From: Myxococcota bacterium
Lineage (GTDB): Bacteria > Myxococcota_A > UBA796 > CAJQPC01
Length of the DNA stretch: 64,000 nt
Direction: 5' to 3'
Assembly (NCBI GenBank): GCA_036012755.1
Contig: DASCPX010000009.1
Location: forward strand, 146,880 to 210,879
The notes under the pieces were generated by a model. That model saw only the letters and a program-made list of their open reading frames with translations, was not told where the DNA came from and made no database searches. Numbering within the stretch: position 1 is the first letter of the stretch; each line of letters opens with the position of its first letter. Made by a program: the position numbers and the translations under genes. This document shows, piece by piece, positions 16,954 to 26,488 of the stretch.

Positions 16954-18528
16954 CTACCCGCCGCCGCCCCAGAACAGGTAGACCGCGCCCGCCTTCGGGC
17001 CGCCCTCGTCGTTCCAGGCACTGCGAACAGCGAGGTCGTCGAAAGCGTCACCGTTGAAGTCGCCGACGGCGACCTCGCCCAGGAGATCTCCGTCACTCTC
17101 CGCATCGAAGAAAGCGTCCGCGTCGTCGATCGAGATCGTGCCGCTGATCGGTCCGTACAGGAGGTAGACCGTGCCACCATCGCCGTCCGGATCGTCCTCA
17201 GTTCGGGAGGTGAGCGCGATGTCACCAAATCCGTCACCGTCGAGGTCGCCCACATCGAAATAGAAACCGGCGTAGAAACCGGCGTTGTTGCCCTCGACGG
17301 TGCTGGAGGCGGCCTCGGTGAAGGTCATGCGTCCTGTGCTGTCTCCCGAGACGATGTAGATGTTCCCGTAGTCTTCGAACCCCGTGTACGGCGACCCCGC
17401 TACGATGTCGGTGTAGCCGTCTCCATCGGTGTCACCGTGTGCAGAGGGACGCCACCCGGAGTACTCGCCCCCGACCAGACGAAGGTCCTCATCGCCGGAG
17501 CCTCCCGCTCCGTCACCTGCCACGAGCCACCCAGATGCTGGCCCGTGGATGACGAACAGGCCCGGGCTGTTGTCGTTTCGTGGGTCCGAGACCACGAGAT
17601 CACGCAGTCCATCGCCGTCAACATCCCGGGCTTGACTGCCCCGATACCCGATCGAACTTTCTCGCGCCGATGTCACGAACAGGCTCCGGTCGTCCAAGGA
17701 CACCGCCGCAGTGACGGGTCCGGTGACGATGGCTACTGCACCTCCCTTCCACCAGGAGTAGCAGCTCATCGCAAGGTCATCGTGGCCGTCGCCCCCGAAG
17801 TCGCCCACTGGGACGGGGCGCGTACAACTGAAGTCCTCGCCGGTGACCAAGGCATCCTTGACCCGGAAGTCCGGCTTCGCGAGGAGCCCGAAAACGGGGC
17901 CGAAGTGTATTCCCAGGTGCGCCACACCGTCCTCTGGATAGACAGCGCTGGCGACATCCCCAAAGCCGTCACCGTCGATGTCACCCACGCCGTCTCTCAA
18001 CGCGACTCGCGTCCCGTTCCCTTCGGTCCAGCTCGTCGCGGGCGAGTCGATGTGGATCACCCCGCCGCCTGGATTGGGGACGACGTAGGAGAGGACGCCC
18101 ATCACCAACAGATCGTCGACGCCATCGCCGGTGAGATCGTCCACGAACTCCAGGGCGTAGCCGAAATACTCATCGGTCTCCTCCCCGGGGCCCAGGATCT
18201 TGATGTCCGCGTCCGACAGGCTGGTCGTGCCCTCGAGGCGACATTGGGGCTCCGGCTGGTCATCGCAGTCGTTGTCGAGACCGTCCTCGCAGACCTCCTC
18301 CGCGTCCGGGTTGATGGCCGGGTCGGTGTCGTCACAGTCTCCGGCGACGGCGGCGAAGCCGGAGGGCTTCGACGAGGCCTCGGTCGTGTCGTCGTCTACC
18401 CCGAAGCCGTCCCCGTCCCCGTCGCGGAACCAGGTCTCCAGCGGCACATCGCTGTCGGCTGGGCCCACGGAGTCCAAGGTCGGGCTGTCAGACGGCTTGT
18501 TCGTGCAGGCCAGGGCCAGCCACAGCAT
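16954..18528 (-). CDS. Lipoprotein with one MopE-like Cys/Asp repeat and FG-GAP (integrin-alpha-like) propeller
   Basis: MLWLALAC; DCDD..INP.A.EVC.DG.DNDCD; repeated D.DGDG..D Ca-binding loops; GAVYLFWG. Confidence 0.85.
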   Translation of the reverse strand: MLWLALACTNKPSDSPTLDSVGPADSDVPLETWFRDGDGDGFGVDDDTTEASSKPSGFAAVAGDCDDTDPAINPDAEEVCEDGLDNDCDDQPEPQCRLEGTTSLSDADIKILGPGEETDEYFGYALEFVDDLTGDGVDDLLVMGVLSYVVPNPGGGVIHIDSPATSWTEGNGTRVALRDGVGDIDGDGFGDVASAVYPEDGVAHLGIHFGPVFGLLAKPDFRVKDALVTGEDFSCTRPVPVGDFGGDGHDDLAMSCYSWWKGGAVAIVTGPVTAAVSLDDRSLFVTSARESSIGYRGSQARDVDGDGLRDLVVSDPRNDNSPGLFVIHGPASGWLVAGDGAGGSGDEDLRLVGGEYSGWRPSAHGDTDGDGYTDIVAGSPYTGFEDYGNIYIVSGDSTGRMTFTEAASSTVEGNNAGFYAGFYFDVGDLDGDGFGDIALTSRTEDDPDGDGGTVYLLYGPISGTISIDDADAFFDAESDGDLLGEVAVGDFNGDAFDDLAVRSAWNDEGGPKAGAVYLFWGGGG

Positions 18529-18710
18529 CAGTTGTTGACGTGTTCCGCGAACACAATGGTGCCGTCGTCGTACGCGGGGTCCGCTGTGCATGTGTCATCG
18601 TCGAAGCCAGCCACGTCCGGCCAGGAGCCGGAGGTGATGGACTCGAACGAGCACTCCCCGCACCGTTCACCTCCCAAGCGGAGGGTACTCTCAGCCTGGG
18701 GCACGGGCAC
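18528..18710 (-). CDS. Short ORF (60 aa) coupled to the downstream lipoprotein, possibly a gene remnant
   Basis: Its TGA overlaps the ATG at 18528 (TGATG); acidic, Cys-containing; start uncertain. Confidence 0.35.
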   Translation of the reverse strand: MPVPQAESTLRLGGERCGECSFESITSGSWPDVAGFDDDTCTADPAYDDGTIVFAEHVNN

Positions 18711-18770
18711 GAGCTATCGGGGCTCGAGGCTCGGCAGCTGAGACCAACCGGGTGACCGGCCAGTGTGTTC

Positions 18771-19463
18771 TCAAGCTCCGCGCCGCCGGATCACCAGGGC
18801 CCCGAGACCAAAGAGCAGCACCGCGACCAAAGCCAGGCCCATCCACCGGGTCGGCGAGGTCTCCGGCGGCAGCGCCTCCCCGAGCGCCAGCATGCCCTCC
18901 CCGCCGCGAAGCTCGTGCCACTCCAAGGGCCGCCAGGACAGCGAGATCTCGCGCATCTCTTCGTCCATCCGGTAGCGACCGTCGAGGTTGCGCTTCAGGA
19001 CGCCCTGGTCGAAGAAGAGCATCGAGCTGTCGGTGACCGCCAGGGTGGAGTCGACGAGCACCTCGGTCATGAAGTAGCTCAGCTCGTCGGGTCGGTTGCC
19101 GTTGTCCAACTCCAGCTGGTGGGCCCCCGGTCCAAGGTCCAGGCGCAGGGTCTGGTCGTAGTAGACGTACTTGACCGTGCCCTTGGCCTCGCTCTCGACG
19201 CGCTCCCAGTCGACCACCTGGCCGTCCGCCGAGACGCGGAGGTTGTCACGCAGCTCGTCCAGCAGGCGGGCGCTGAAGGCGTCGGCGTCGTCCTGACTCA
19301 GATCCTCACTGACGGCCTGCAGCTCGGCGACGACCTCGTGGGTCGGGAGTCGCACGCCGTAGTCGACCTCCACAGCCTCCGGGAGCACCCGAATCGCGAG
19401 TTGGTGACTGGGGAAGACACCGCCGACCGGATGCGCCAGCGCGACACTCAGCCAGACGAACAC
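18771..19463 (-). CDS. Exported protein with His at mature N-terminus and C-terminal TM anchor
   Basis: GTG at 19463; FVWLSVALA-HP leader; C-terminal hydrophobic helix plus RRR. Confidence 0.7.
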   Translation of the reverse strand: MFVWLSVALAHPVGGVFPSHQLAIRVLPEAVEVDYGVRLPTHEVVAELQAVSEDLSQDDADAFSARLLDELRDNLRVSADGQVVDWERVESEAKGTVKYVYYDQTLRLDLGPGAHQLELDNGNRPDELSYFMTEVLVDSTLAVTDSSMLFFDQGVLKRNLDGRYRMDEEMREISLSWRPLEWHELRGGEGMLALGEALPPETSPTRWMGLALVAVLLFGLGALVIRRRGA

Positions 19464-19502
19464 GGCTTTGCCTCGGGTGGGGGTGCGGTTAGAGCAGGCC
19501 CG

Positions 19503-20225
19503 ATGAGCACGGTGCGTGGGCAGCCGAGCGGCTTCGGGATCGACATCACGGAGCTGACAAAGAGAGTGCTGGTGGCGCTCATCACCCTCTATGTCGTCGA
19601 GCTCGTCCTCGTCTTCTGGTTCAAGATCGACGTGAGCCGGTGGGTCTTCCTCAACCGCCTCGGCACCGGGTGGATGCCGTGGCAGGTGCTCACCGCCCAG
19701 ATCTTCAACCACCTCTCGCCCATGGGCGCGATCTTCGACTGGATCATCATCGTCTTCTTCCTCGGTCCGGTCGAGCGGCTCATGGGGCGGAAGAAGCTCC
19801 TGACCTCCCTGGGAATCGTCGCCGTCGGCGCTGGCTTCCTCACCACCGCGCTGGACGCGCTGGGGGCTGTCGCGGTCGAGACCCCCTTCGTCGGCCTGAA
19901 CCCGGTGATCACGGCGCTCGTCGTCTTCTTTGGTCTGAGCCTGCCGAACGCGACGATCCGCCTCTTCTTCGTCCTCCCGATCAAGGCCGCGTGGTTCGCC
20001 TGGGGAAGCGGGCTGGTCTCCCTGCTCTACTTCCTGACCTTCCGGGACCTCGGCAGCGCCATGGCGATCTCGGGATGGATCGTGGCCTTCGGCGTGATGA
20101 AGGTCGGGCCGGACGAGTGGCGAAAGCTCCACCTCCGCTGGAAGGCCCGAAAGCTCGAAAAAGAGCTCGAGAAGTTCGAGGTCATCGACGGCGGAAAGGG
20201 CGACGACGACGAGTACATCCACTGA
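19503..20225 (+). CDS. Rhomboid-like membrane protein
   Basis: PWQVLTA.IF, VERLMG, LFFVLPIKA, C-terminal EVIDGGK..IH; catalytic GxS not evident (VGLN). Confidence 0.75.
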   Translation: MSTVRGQPSGFGIDITELTKRVLVALITLYVVELVLVFWFKIDVSRWVFLNRLGTGWMPWQVLTAQIFNHLSPMGAIFDWIIIVFFLGPVERLMGRKKLLTSLGIVAVGAGFLTTALDALGAVAVETPFVGLNPVITALVVFFGLSLPNATIRLFFVLPIKAAWFAWGSGLVSLLYFLTFRDLGSAMAISGWIVAFGVMKVGPDEWRKLHLRWKARKLEKELEKFEVIDGGKGDDDEYIH

Positions 20226-20297
20226 CCCCGGGCTCGGTTCACAGGCTTTTCATCCGTCGAGCAAGGCGCGTTCGCATCGCGCGACAAGACTCGGGAC

Positions 20298-20984
20298 ATG
20301 AGGTTCCTCGCCGACGCTCTCTCCGCCCTCAACCTCCTCTGCGGCGTCGGGGCGATCGTCGCGGCAGCCCACGGGCGGCTCGACCTCGCCATGGGCTTGT
20401 TGCTGGCGGGGGCTGGCTTCGACGCCTTCGACGGCATCGCGGCGAGGCGCTTCGGCGGCAGCCGCATCGGCGCGCTCGCTGACGACATCGCCGACGGCGT
20501 CACCAACGGCATCGCCCCAGGCGCGGCGCTCTGGTTCGTCGTCGGGGGCACGGAGGGGGTCGCGCTCGGGACGCTCTTCTGCGCCTTCACCCTGGCGCGC
20601 CTCGTCTTCTTCACGCTGAACAAGGGCGAGGACAACGCTGGCTTCAGAGGCCTGCCGTCGACCGCCGGCGCCGCGATCGTGCTGGCTGGACTGGTGCTCT
20701 TCCCCGAGAGCCCCGCCCTCATCGGCCTCCTCACCGGGAGCGCTTGCGTGCTGATGACAGCCTTCGATGCTCGCTATCGCCACCTCGGCCGCGTCGTCGC
20801 CGACTCCGCTCGGGCCCGGGGCGCCGTCCTCGCCTTCCTGGGAGCGTTGGTCCTGAGCGCGGCCATCGTCGGTCCATGGCTCGCAGCCGCCATCCTGCTC
20901 GCCGCCACGCTGGCCTACGGTCTCGGACCGATCGGCCAGAACTTCAGAGCAGCTCTCGTGCGCCGAGCAGCGCGGCCTGCATGA
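20298..20984 (+). CDS. CDP-alcohol phosphatidyltransferase (PssA-like)
   Basis: DAFDGIAARRFG...GALADDIAD signature; FRGLPS. Confidence 0.85.
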   Translation: MRFLADALSALNLLCGVGAIVAAAHGRLDLAMGLLLAGAGFDAFDGIAARRFGGSRIGALADDIADGVTNGIAPGAALWFVVGGTEGVALGTLFCAFTLARLVFFTLNKGEDNAGFRGLPSTAGAAIVLAGLVLFPESPALIGLLTGSACVLMTAFDARYRHLGRVVADSARARGAVLAFLGALVLSAAIVGPWLAAAILLAATLAYGLGPIGQNFRAALVRRAARPA

Positions 20985-22416
20985 CCGGCACCATCGTGTG
21001 GGACGAGGCCGTCGTCGGGAAGACAGAGGCGTCCAGGACCTGCAGGTTGTCGATGCCGTGGACAAAGCCGCGCAGGTCCACGACCGACTGAGCCGGGTCC
21101 GGGCCCATGCGACAACTCCCCTGGACATGCGCGCTCAAGAGCGGCAGCCGGTTCGGCTCGATGGCCAGGTCGTCCAGCACGGACAGCTCGTCCGGACCGA
21201 TCATCGGCGAGGCGGCGAAGGGGAAGACGACTTTCTGGGCGCCCGCCGCGAAGAAGGCCTCCGCGCCGACCCGCATGCCGCGCCGAATCTGCTCCATCCA
21301 CAGCGCCTGGAGCTGGTAGTCGATCTTCGGGCGCCCGTTGCCCAGGCGAGTGATGCGGCCTCCCGGACGATCAGGGGCGAGCACCAGCACCGCCGCGGTC
21401 TGGTTGAACTGTCGCATCACCTTGGCCGCGTCCGGGCCCCATACCATCAGCGTGGAACCCGCCATGCCCGGGGTGGAGGCGATGCTCTCGACCCTGAAGC
21501 CGGCCAGGCCACCCTCCGCCGTCGCCGTCTCCTCGTCGTCGAGGTAGGCGGCCTGCGGGATGCCCCGGTAGAAGCGCAGCTCCTCGTCGAACAGGGCGGA
21601 CACCGGCGCCTGGGGCTGGAGCGAGACGTTCCTGCCGACCTGGCCCGAGAGCCCGGAGTTCAGCAGGATCAGCGCGCTGTGCACTGCCCCCGCGCTCAGC
21701 ACGACGTGGTCGGCCTCGATGCGGAAGGCCTCTACGATCTCGTTGCTACCAGCAGCGATCGTGTGGCCCTCGACGGCGGCCACCCGCGAACCGTCGAGCT
21801 CCAGCCGCTCCACCCGCGCCTGGGTCCAGACCTCGGCCCCCGCCGCCTGTGCCCTCGGGATCCAGGTCAAGGCCACCGACCGCTTGGCGTCATAGGCGCA
21901 GCCGACCATGCAGTAGCCGCTGCCGATGCAGCCGACGCGGTTGTGTACGAAGGTGCCGCCGCTGTGGCCGCTCTTCTGCCCGCCCTCCAACAACAGCTGC
22001 GCGTTCCGGTTGAGCTCGGCCTCGGGGATGAGGTTCGCGCCGATCGCAGCCTCCGCCTCGTCGGCGGCATCGTTCCACTGCATATCCGAGTAGCGGTCCA
22101 GGCCAAACCGGGTCCGCCAGTGGGCGAGCACGCCCTCCGGGATGCGCACGATATCGGCCATGTTGATGACCGTGCTGCCGCCGAGCACCCTCCCCTGCAA
22201 GACGCTGACGCCACCGTCCACCGTGTATTGCTGGCCGCCGTCCCGGTAGAGCAGCGGGTACATCTGCTCCTCGCGCTGGGTCATGCGCTCCTTGGGCACG
22301 GACTGCCCCTCCTCCACGAGCAGCACCTGCTTGCCGGCCTCTGCGAGGACGCCAGCCACGACCCCCCCACCGGCGCCGGAGCCGATGACGCAGACCTCTG
22401 TGCGGGTCACACCCAC
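20944..22416 (-). CDS. GMC family oxidoreductase
   Basis: GSGAGGG FAD loop, GRVLGGSTVIN, CIGSGYCMVGC, HVQGSCRMG, DASVFPT; start may be GTG at 22410. Confidence 0.9.
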   Translation of the reverse strand: MGVTRTEVCVIGSGAGGGVVAGVLAEAGKQVLLVEEGQSVPKERMTQREEQMYPLLYRDGGQQYTVDGGVSVLQGRVLGGSTVINMADIVRIPEGVLAHWRTRFGLDRYSDMQWNDAADEAEAAIGANLIPEAELNRNAQLLLEGGQKSGHSGGTFVHNRVGCIGSGYCMVGCAYDAKRSVALTWIPRAQAAGAEVWTQARVERLELDGSRVAAVEGHTIAAGSNEIVEAFRIEADHVVLSAGAVHSALILLNSGLSGQVGRNVSLQPQAPVSALFDEELRFYRGIPQAAYLDDEETATAEGGLAGFRVESIASTPGMAGSTLMVWGPDAAKVMRQFNQTAAVLVLAPDRPGGRITRLGNGRPKIDYQLQALWMEQIRRGMRVGAEAFFAAGAQKVVFPFAASPMIGPDELSVLDDLAIEPNRLPLLSAHVQGSCRMGPDPAQSVVDLRGFVHGIDNLQVLDASVFPTTASSHTMVPVMQAALLGARELL

Positions 22417-22865
22417 GGGCCGTCGTAGCCGATGGAGTCCCAGTTCGCAGGATCCGCGAACCAGCTGAAGAGCGCCAGGCGTCGCAGGGCCTGGAAGATC
22501 TGGCGCCTCAAGACGATGCTGGAGCTCTCCATCGCGGCTAGCGTGGCCCTCCGCGACTCCAGGTCCCTCCGTGAGAAGCGCGAAAACCCCCAGTGCTCGA
22601 CGACCCCGAGGGCCAGTCGAAGCTCACCGCCCAGCACCGGGTCGTCCGTGACGAGGAAGGCGTCGACGTTCTGCGCGACTCGCGCGGCCTCCTCGGGGAC
22701 CGGGAGCAGCACCTCGAGCACCGCCTCCAGAGTGCGCCTCGGCGAGTTGCCCAGGAAGGGGCTGTCGAGGGCGTTCATGGGCCCGTGGCCCACCGCGACC
22801 GCTACGAGTCCAAGGACCCCGAAGGCCCCGGCTCCAAGGACCAGCTGCCGGCGAGTGGGTTTCAT
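22407..22865 (-). CDS. Gluconate 2-dehydrogenase subunit 3-like Tat-signal protein
   Basis: MKPTRRQLV twin-arginine leader; RFSR; C-terminal W..IGYDGP; overlaps GMC start. Confidence 0.75.
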   Translation of the reverse strand: MKPTRRQLVLGAGAFGVLGLVAVAVGHGPMNALDSPFLGNSPRRTLEAVLEVLLPVPEEAARVAQNVDAFLVTDDPVLGGELRLALGVVEHWGFSRFSRRDLESRRATLAAMESSSIVLRRQIFQALRRLALFSWFADPANWDSIGYDGPWV

Positions 22866-22897
22866 CGCGCGCAGCATGCCACGGCTATGATGGGCCC

Positions 22898-23695
22898 GTG
22901 ATCGTCCTGTTGTCGGCGTGCAACCACATGCACCCCTCGATCCCCAAGGAAGCGGGGACGCTGAGCGCCGAGAGCCTCGCGGACGTCTACCTCGCGGCGA
23001 GCCCCGACACCTTCGTCGGGCTCTACGCCCTGAGCAGGAACGCCTTCGGTGACGACGACACCCCATGCCCGATCGTGACCTCTGACGAGGTCGGCGACTA
23101 CCTCGTCGCCCAGGGCTGCACCGACCGCTGGGGGACGACCTGGCACGGCACGATGAACCGCCTCGATCACGAGGGGATCGCCGAGTACAGCGACTTCGGA
23201 CCCGAGTTCGATGACTGGCGCGGCGCCGCGCACTACCTCGTCGACGGCAAGGTCGAGTGGTCCTATCCCGACACCTCGAACACCTCTGATGTGCGCGTCG
23301 ACACGGACGTCGTCGTCACCTGGAAGGGCGCTGGCGAGGACGTCCTCGTCTACGTCGGCGGCACCGGACGCCACAAGTCGGCGGGCCCCCTGTTGCGGGA
23401 GCGCGATGGGGACATCGGCGTCGCCGACTGGGGCACGGCCGAGGTCAGCCACGGCGAGATCTTCACGGCGGGCACGAAGGGATGCAACCAGGCCATCGAG
23501 GGCCTCGTGGAGGTGTTCGCGGCCAACGACGCGGAGATCCAGCTCCCCAACGGAGATGGCTGCGCCTCGAGTCCGGGCGACGAGCCTTCTCCAACGGACT
23601 GCGCGACCTGGGCGATCGGACAAGAGGACGGGGAGCTTTGTATCGGGACCCGAATGCTCATCGTGCCGACGGATGCGGACGCGCCGACCGACTGA
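22898..23695 (+). CDS. Cys-rich hypothetical lipoprotein
   Basis: MIVLLSAC; TATGAT 6 nt upstream; paralogous pattern to 1906..2775. Confidence 0.7.
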   Translation: MIVLLSACNHMHPSIPKEAGTLSAESLADVYLAASPDTFVGLYALSRNAFGDDDTPCPIVTSDEVGDYLVAQGCTDRWGTTWHGTMNRLDHEGIAEYSDFGPEFDDWRGAAHYLVDGKVEWSYPDTSNTSDVRVDTDVVVTWKGAGEDVLVYVGGTGRHKSAGPLLRERDGDIGVADWGTAEVSHGEIFTAGTKGCNQAIEGLVEVFAANDAEIQLPNGDGCASSPGDEPSPTDCATWAIGQEDGELCIGTRMLIVPTDADAPTD

Positions 23696-23742
23696 AGAAA
23701 ATTTTTCTCCCACCCGCGCGTCCTCTCGATTACACTGCGAGC

Positions 23743-24882
23743 ATGACTCAGCGAGGCAACTTCTCCGTCGTCGTCGCCCTGGTCTTCACCATCCTGTTGA
23801 CCTTCGCGGCCCTCGCCATCGACATCTCCTACGTGCGCATCGCGCAAATGCAGGCGCAGAACGCCGCAGATGCCGGCGCCCACGCAGGGCTGGTCGCCCT
23901 ACGCCAGACCGGGGACGAAGACGAGGCTCGAGACGTCGCCGTGAGCGTCATCTCCCAGAACCTGATCGCCGGCCAGTCCGTCTCGATCGACGAGAACACC
24001 GACATCACCTTCGGCGGCTGGGACTTCGACACCCGCACCTTCGACTCCGAGTCCGCGTTCACCAACTCCCTGCACGTCACGGTCAGCCGCAACCAGAACG
24101 TCAGCGACGGCGCAGTGGACCTCCTCATCGCCCCCCTGTTGGGCTGGGACGTCGCCTCGGTCGGCGGCGAGGCCACCGGCGCCCTTCGCTACCGCGACAC
24201 GATGCTGGTGCTGGACATCACCCGGAGCTTCAAGGAAGAGATCGACCAGGCGGTCGAGGCCGTGAACCTGTTCTTGGACTACACCTACAACAGCGGACAC
24301 CCGGGCGACCGGATGGGCCTGGTCACCTTCGTCGGGGCCGCCGAGGTGTGGACCGACCTGCAGCACGTCGCCCCGAACTACTCCACGCTGTCCTCTGGAT
24401 GGCAGACGCTGGACTACTGCTGGGACCCGATCTGGGATGAGAACGACAACACCCACATGCAGCACTGCTGCGACCCGGCGGTCTGCCCCTGGCCCTGGAC
24501 GAACTGGTGGCTCGGCGGCACGAACCAGGGATCCGGCCTCGAGCTGGCGCTGGACGAGCTGATCGAGGACTCCGATCAGTACGCCCTGAAGACCGTCGTC
24601 ATCATCAGCGACGGTCAGCCCTGCTGCTGGGCCCCCGGCATCATCCCGTCCTGCGACGCCTCTCGCTCGGCCTACGGGCAGTCGATGTCCGACTACGCCC
24701 AGGACAACGACATCAGCGTCTTCAGCGTGTCCTTCAACAACCCCTACAACGCAACGCAGTCGGCCTACATGGAGAGCCTCATCCGCGGCTACGGGACCTT
24801 CTACGAGACGCCGGACGAGGACGAACTCCCGGAGATCCTCGAGTCCATCGCCGAAGCCATCCCCGTCGCGCTCGTCGAGTAG
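23743..24882 (+). CDS. TadG-like pseudopilin with VWA domain
   Basis: RG + TM, LAIDIS, AQNAADAGA; VWA elements VLDITRS, GGTN..GL, IISDG. Confidence 0.85.
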   Translation: MTQRGNFSVVVALVFTILLTFAALAIDISYVRIAQMQAQNAADAGAHAGLVALRQTGDEDEARDVAVSVISQNLIAGQSVSIDENTDITFGGWDFDTRTFDSESAFTNSLHVTVSRNQNVSDGAVDLLIAPLLGWDVASVGGEATGALRYRDTMLVLDITRSFKEEIDQAVEAVNLFLDYTYNSGHPGDRMGLVTFVGAAEVWTDLQHVAPNYSTLSSGWQTLDYCWDPIWDENDNTHMQHCCDPAVCPWPWTNWWLGGTNQGSGLELALDELIEDSDQYALKTVVIISDGQPCCWAPGIIPSCDASRSAYGQSMSDYAQDNDISVFSVSFNNPYNATQSAYMESLIRGYGTFYETPDEDELPEILESIAEAIPVALVE

Positions 24883-24897
24883 CCGGAGCGCTGCCCG

Positions 24898-25602
24898 TCA
24901 CATCGCGCCGTCGCTGAACTTCGAGTTGTCCATCGGCGCGCCGTCACCGTCGACGTCGATGCCCTCCTGTCGCGCGAGCTCCAGGATGTCCTCGATGTCG
25001 GTGGGGTTGCGCTGGCCGGGGTCACCGTAGACGCCGAGGCCCTCCGCCTCCAGGCGCAGAGAGGCCGGCGCGCGCTGTCCCCTCTCCCCGTACTCGGCGG
25101 TGCGTGTGTTGTCCGTCGCGCGAGTGGGGTAGACCGCGCAGTCGAGCACCAGGTCCCCGACGTCCGCGTCCAGGTCCATCGCACGGCCGTGCGGATCAGC
25201 GAAGAAGGGCGCCTCCTCCAGCGAGGGCAGCCCGTCACCGTCGGCGTCGCGCCAGGCGAGCAGCAGGCGCGCACGGCCGAGGGGCACCTTCACGGAGAAC
25301 TCTCCCGGAGCGTCGAGGACCACCTCGCTGAGGAAGCCGCTGCGCGGGTGGGAGTCGAAGCGGCGGTTGGCGTCGTCCGGGTGCGGCGGGAAGACGCGGA
25401 CATGGAGCGGACCCTCCTGGTCGCAAGCGAGGCTCCCGCTGAGGGTCACGACGTCGTCCCTCGAGGCGAGGTCCTCCTGGCTGAAGCGAGGCAGCTCGGG
25501 AGTCCTCAGGGGCTCCGAGACGACCTGGACCTCCTCCTCGAGTCCGAGGTCGACGACCTCGGTCTCGCCAGGACCGTTGCAGGCGATGAGCGAGAAGATC
25601 AC
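24898..25602 (-). CDS. Hypothetical lipoprotein
   Basis: MIFSLIAC, GGAG RBS, DADGDG loop. Confidence 0.7.
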   Translation of the reverse strand: MIFSLIACNGPGETEVVDLGLEEEVQVVSEPLRTPELPRFSQEDLASRDDVVTLSGSLACDQEGPLHVRVFPPHPDDANRRFDSHPRSGFLSEVVLDAPGEFSVKVPLGRARLLLAWRDADGDGLPSLEEAPFFADPHGRAMDLDADVGDLVLDCAVYPTRATDNTRTAEYGERGQRAPASLRLEAEGLGVYGDPGQRNPTDIEDILELARQEGIDVDGDGAPMDNSKFSDGAM

Positions 25603-25648
25603 TGGCTGCTCTCCATCCGAAAGAAGTTTTTCGGGTGACTGAAAAAAC

Positions 25649-25677
25649 TTGACGATCGCTGCACTTCAGCCTACTCT
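25649..25677 (+). promoter_or_regulatory. sigma70-type promoter TTGACG-N17-TACTCT for the tadE pair
   Basis: -35 at 25649-25654, -10 at 25672-25677, ATG 7 nt later. Confidence 0.65.
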
Positions 25678-25684
25678 ACCGTTC

Positions 25685-26089
25685 ATGAAGCGGAACCGCC
25701 GGGGTGCAAACCACATCGAGTTCGCCCTCGTCCTGCCGATCTTCATCGCCATCATCCTCGGCATGATGGAGTACTCGTGGGCTTTCTTCATCAGGAGCGC
25801 GGTGACCACCTCGGTGCGTGACGGGTGCAGGTCCGGGTCGGTCATCCACCCGGACGACGACTACGAGACCGTCGCGGTCGAAGCCATGCGCGAGACCCTG
25901 GCCGAGTACCAGATCGACTGCGCCGACCTCTCGACGACGTGCACGGAGATCATCACCACCAGCGGCATGAACCCCGCCGAGTCCCTCGAGTGCCGGCTCG
26001 AGGTCGACTACGACCCGCTCATCGGCTACGTCCCGGTCCCGACCGACATCGCCGCCGAGTCCATCGTGCTCTTCGAGCTGCAGCGATGA
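25685..26089 (+). CDS. TadE-like pseudopilin
   Basis: RRGANHIEFALVLP prepilin motif, RDGCR. Confidence 0.85.
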   Translation: MKRNRRGANHIEFALVLPIFIAIILGMMEYSWAFFIRSAVTTSVRDGCRSGSVIHPDDDYETVAVEAMRETLAEYQIDCADLSTTCTEIITTSGMNPAESLECRLEVDYDPLIGYVPVPTDIAAESIVLFELQR

Positions 26090-26487
26090 TGCGCTCACGT
26101 CGAGGCGGATCCGCCATCGAGTTCGCCCTCACCATGCCGGTGCTGGTGACGATGTTCGCCGCGATCATGGAGTACGGCTGGTTCTTCTTCCAGCAGCAGG
26201 CCATCCTCAGCGGCGCCCGGGACGGCGTCCGCTACGGTGTCACCGTCGCCCAGATCGACGGTCCCACGACAGAGGCAGAGGACCGCGCCGAGATGGTCAT
26301 CGAGGGCTTTGGCCTCGACTGCTCCGACCCGGTCGACTGCCAGGTCACCGGCTCGATCGTGGCGACCGACTACGACTTCCTTCGCCTCGACATGGCCTAC
26401 GCCTACGATCCCCTGATGGGCGGGCTGCTGCCGACCCCTGAGTTCGTGAGGGCGAACTTCACGATGGCGCTGGAAGATCAGTCCTGA
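26086..26487 (+). CDS. TadE-like pseudopilin
   Basis: RRGGSAIEFALTMP motif, ARDGVR; ATGA overlap. Confidence 0.85.
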   Translation: MMRSRRGGSAIEFALTMPVLVTMFAAIMEYGWFFFQQQAILSGARDGVRYGVTVAQIDGPTTEAEDRAEMVIEGFGLDCSDPVDCQVTGSIVATDYDFLRLDMAYAYDPLMGGLLPTPEFVRANFTMALEDQS

Positions 26488-26488
26488 G

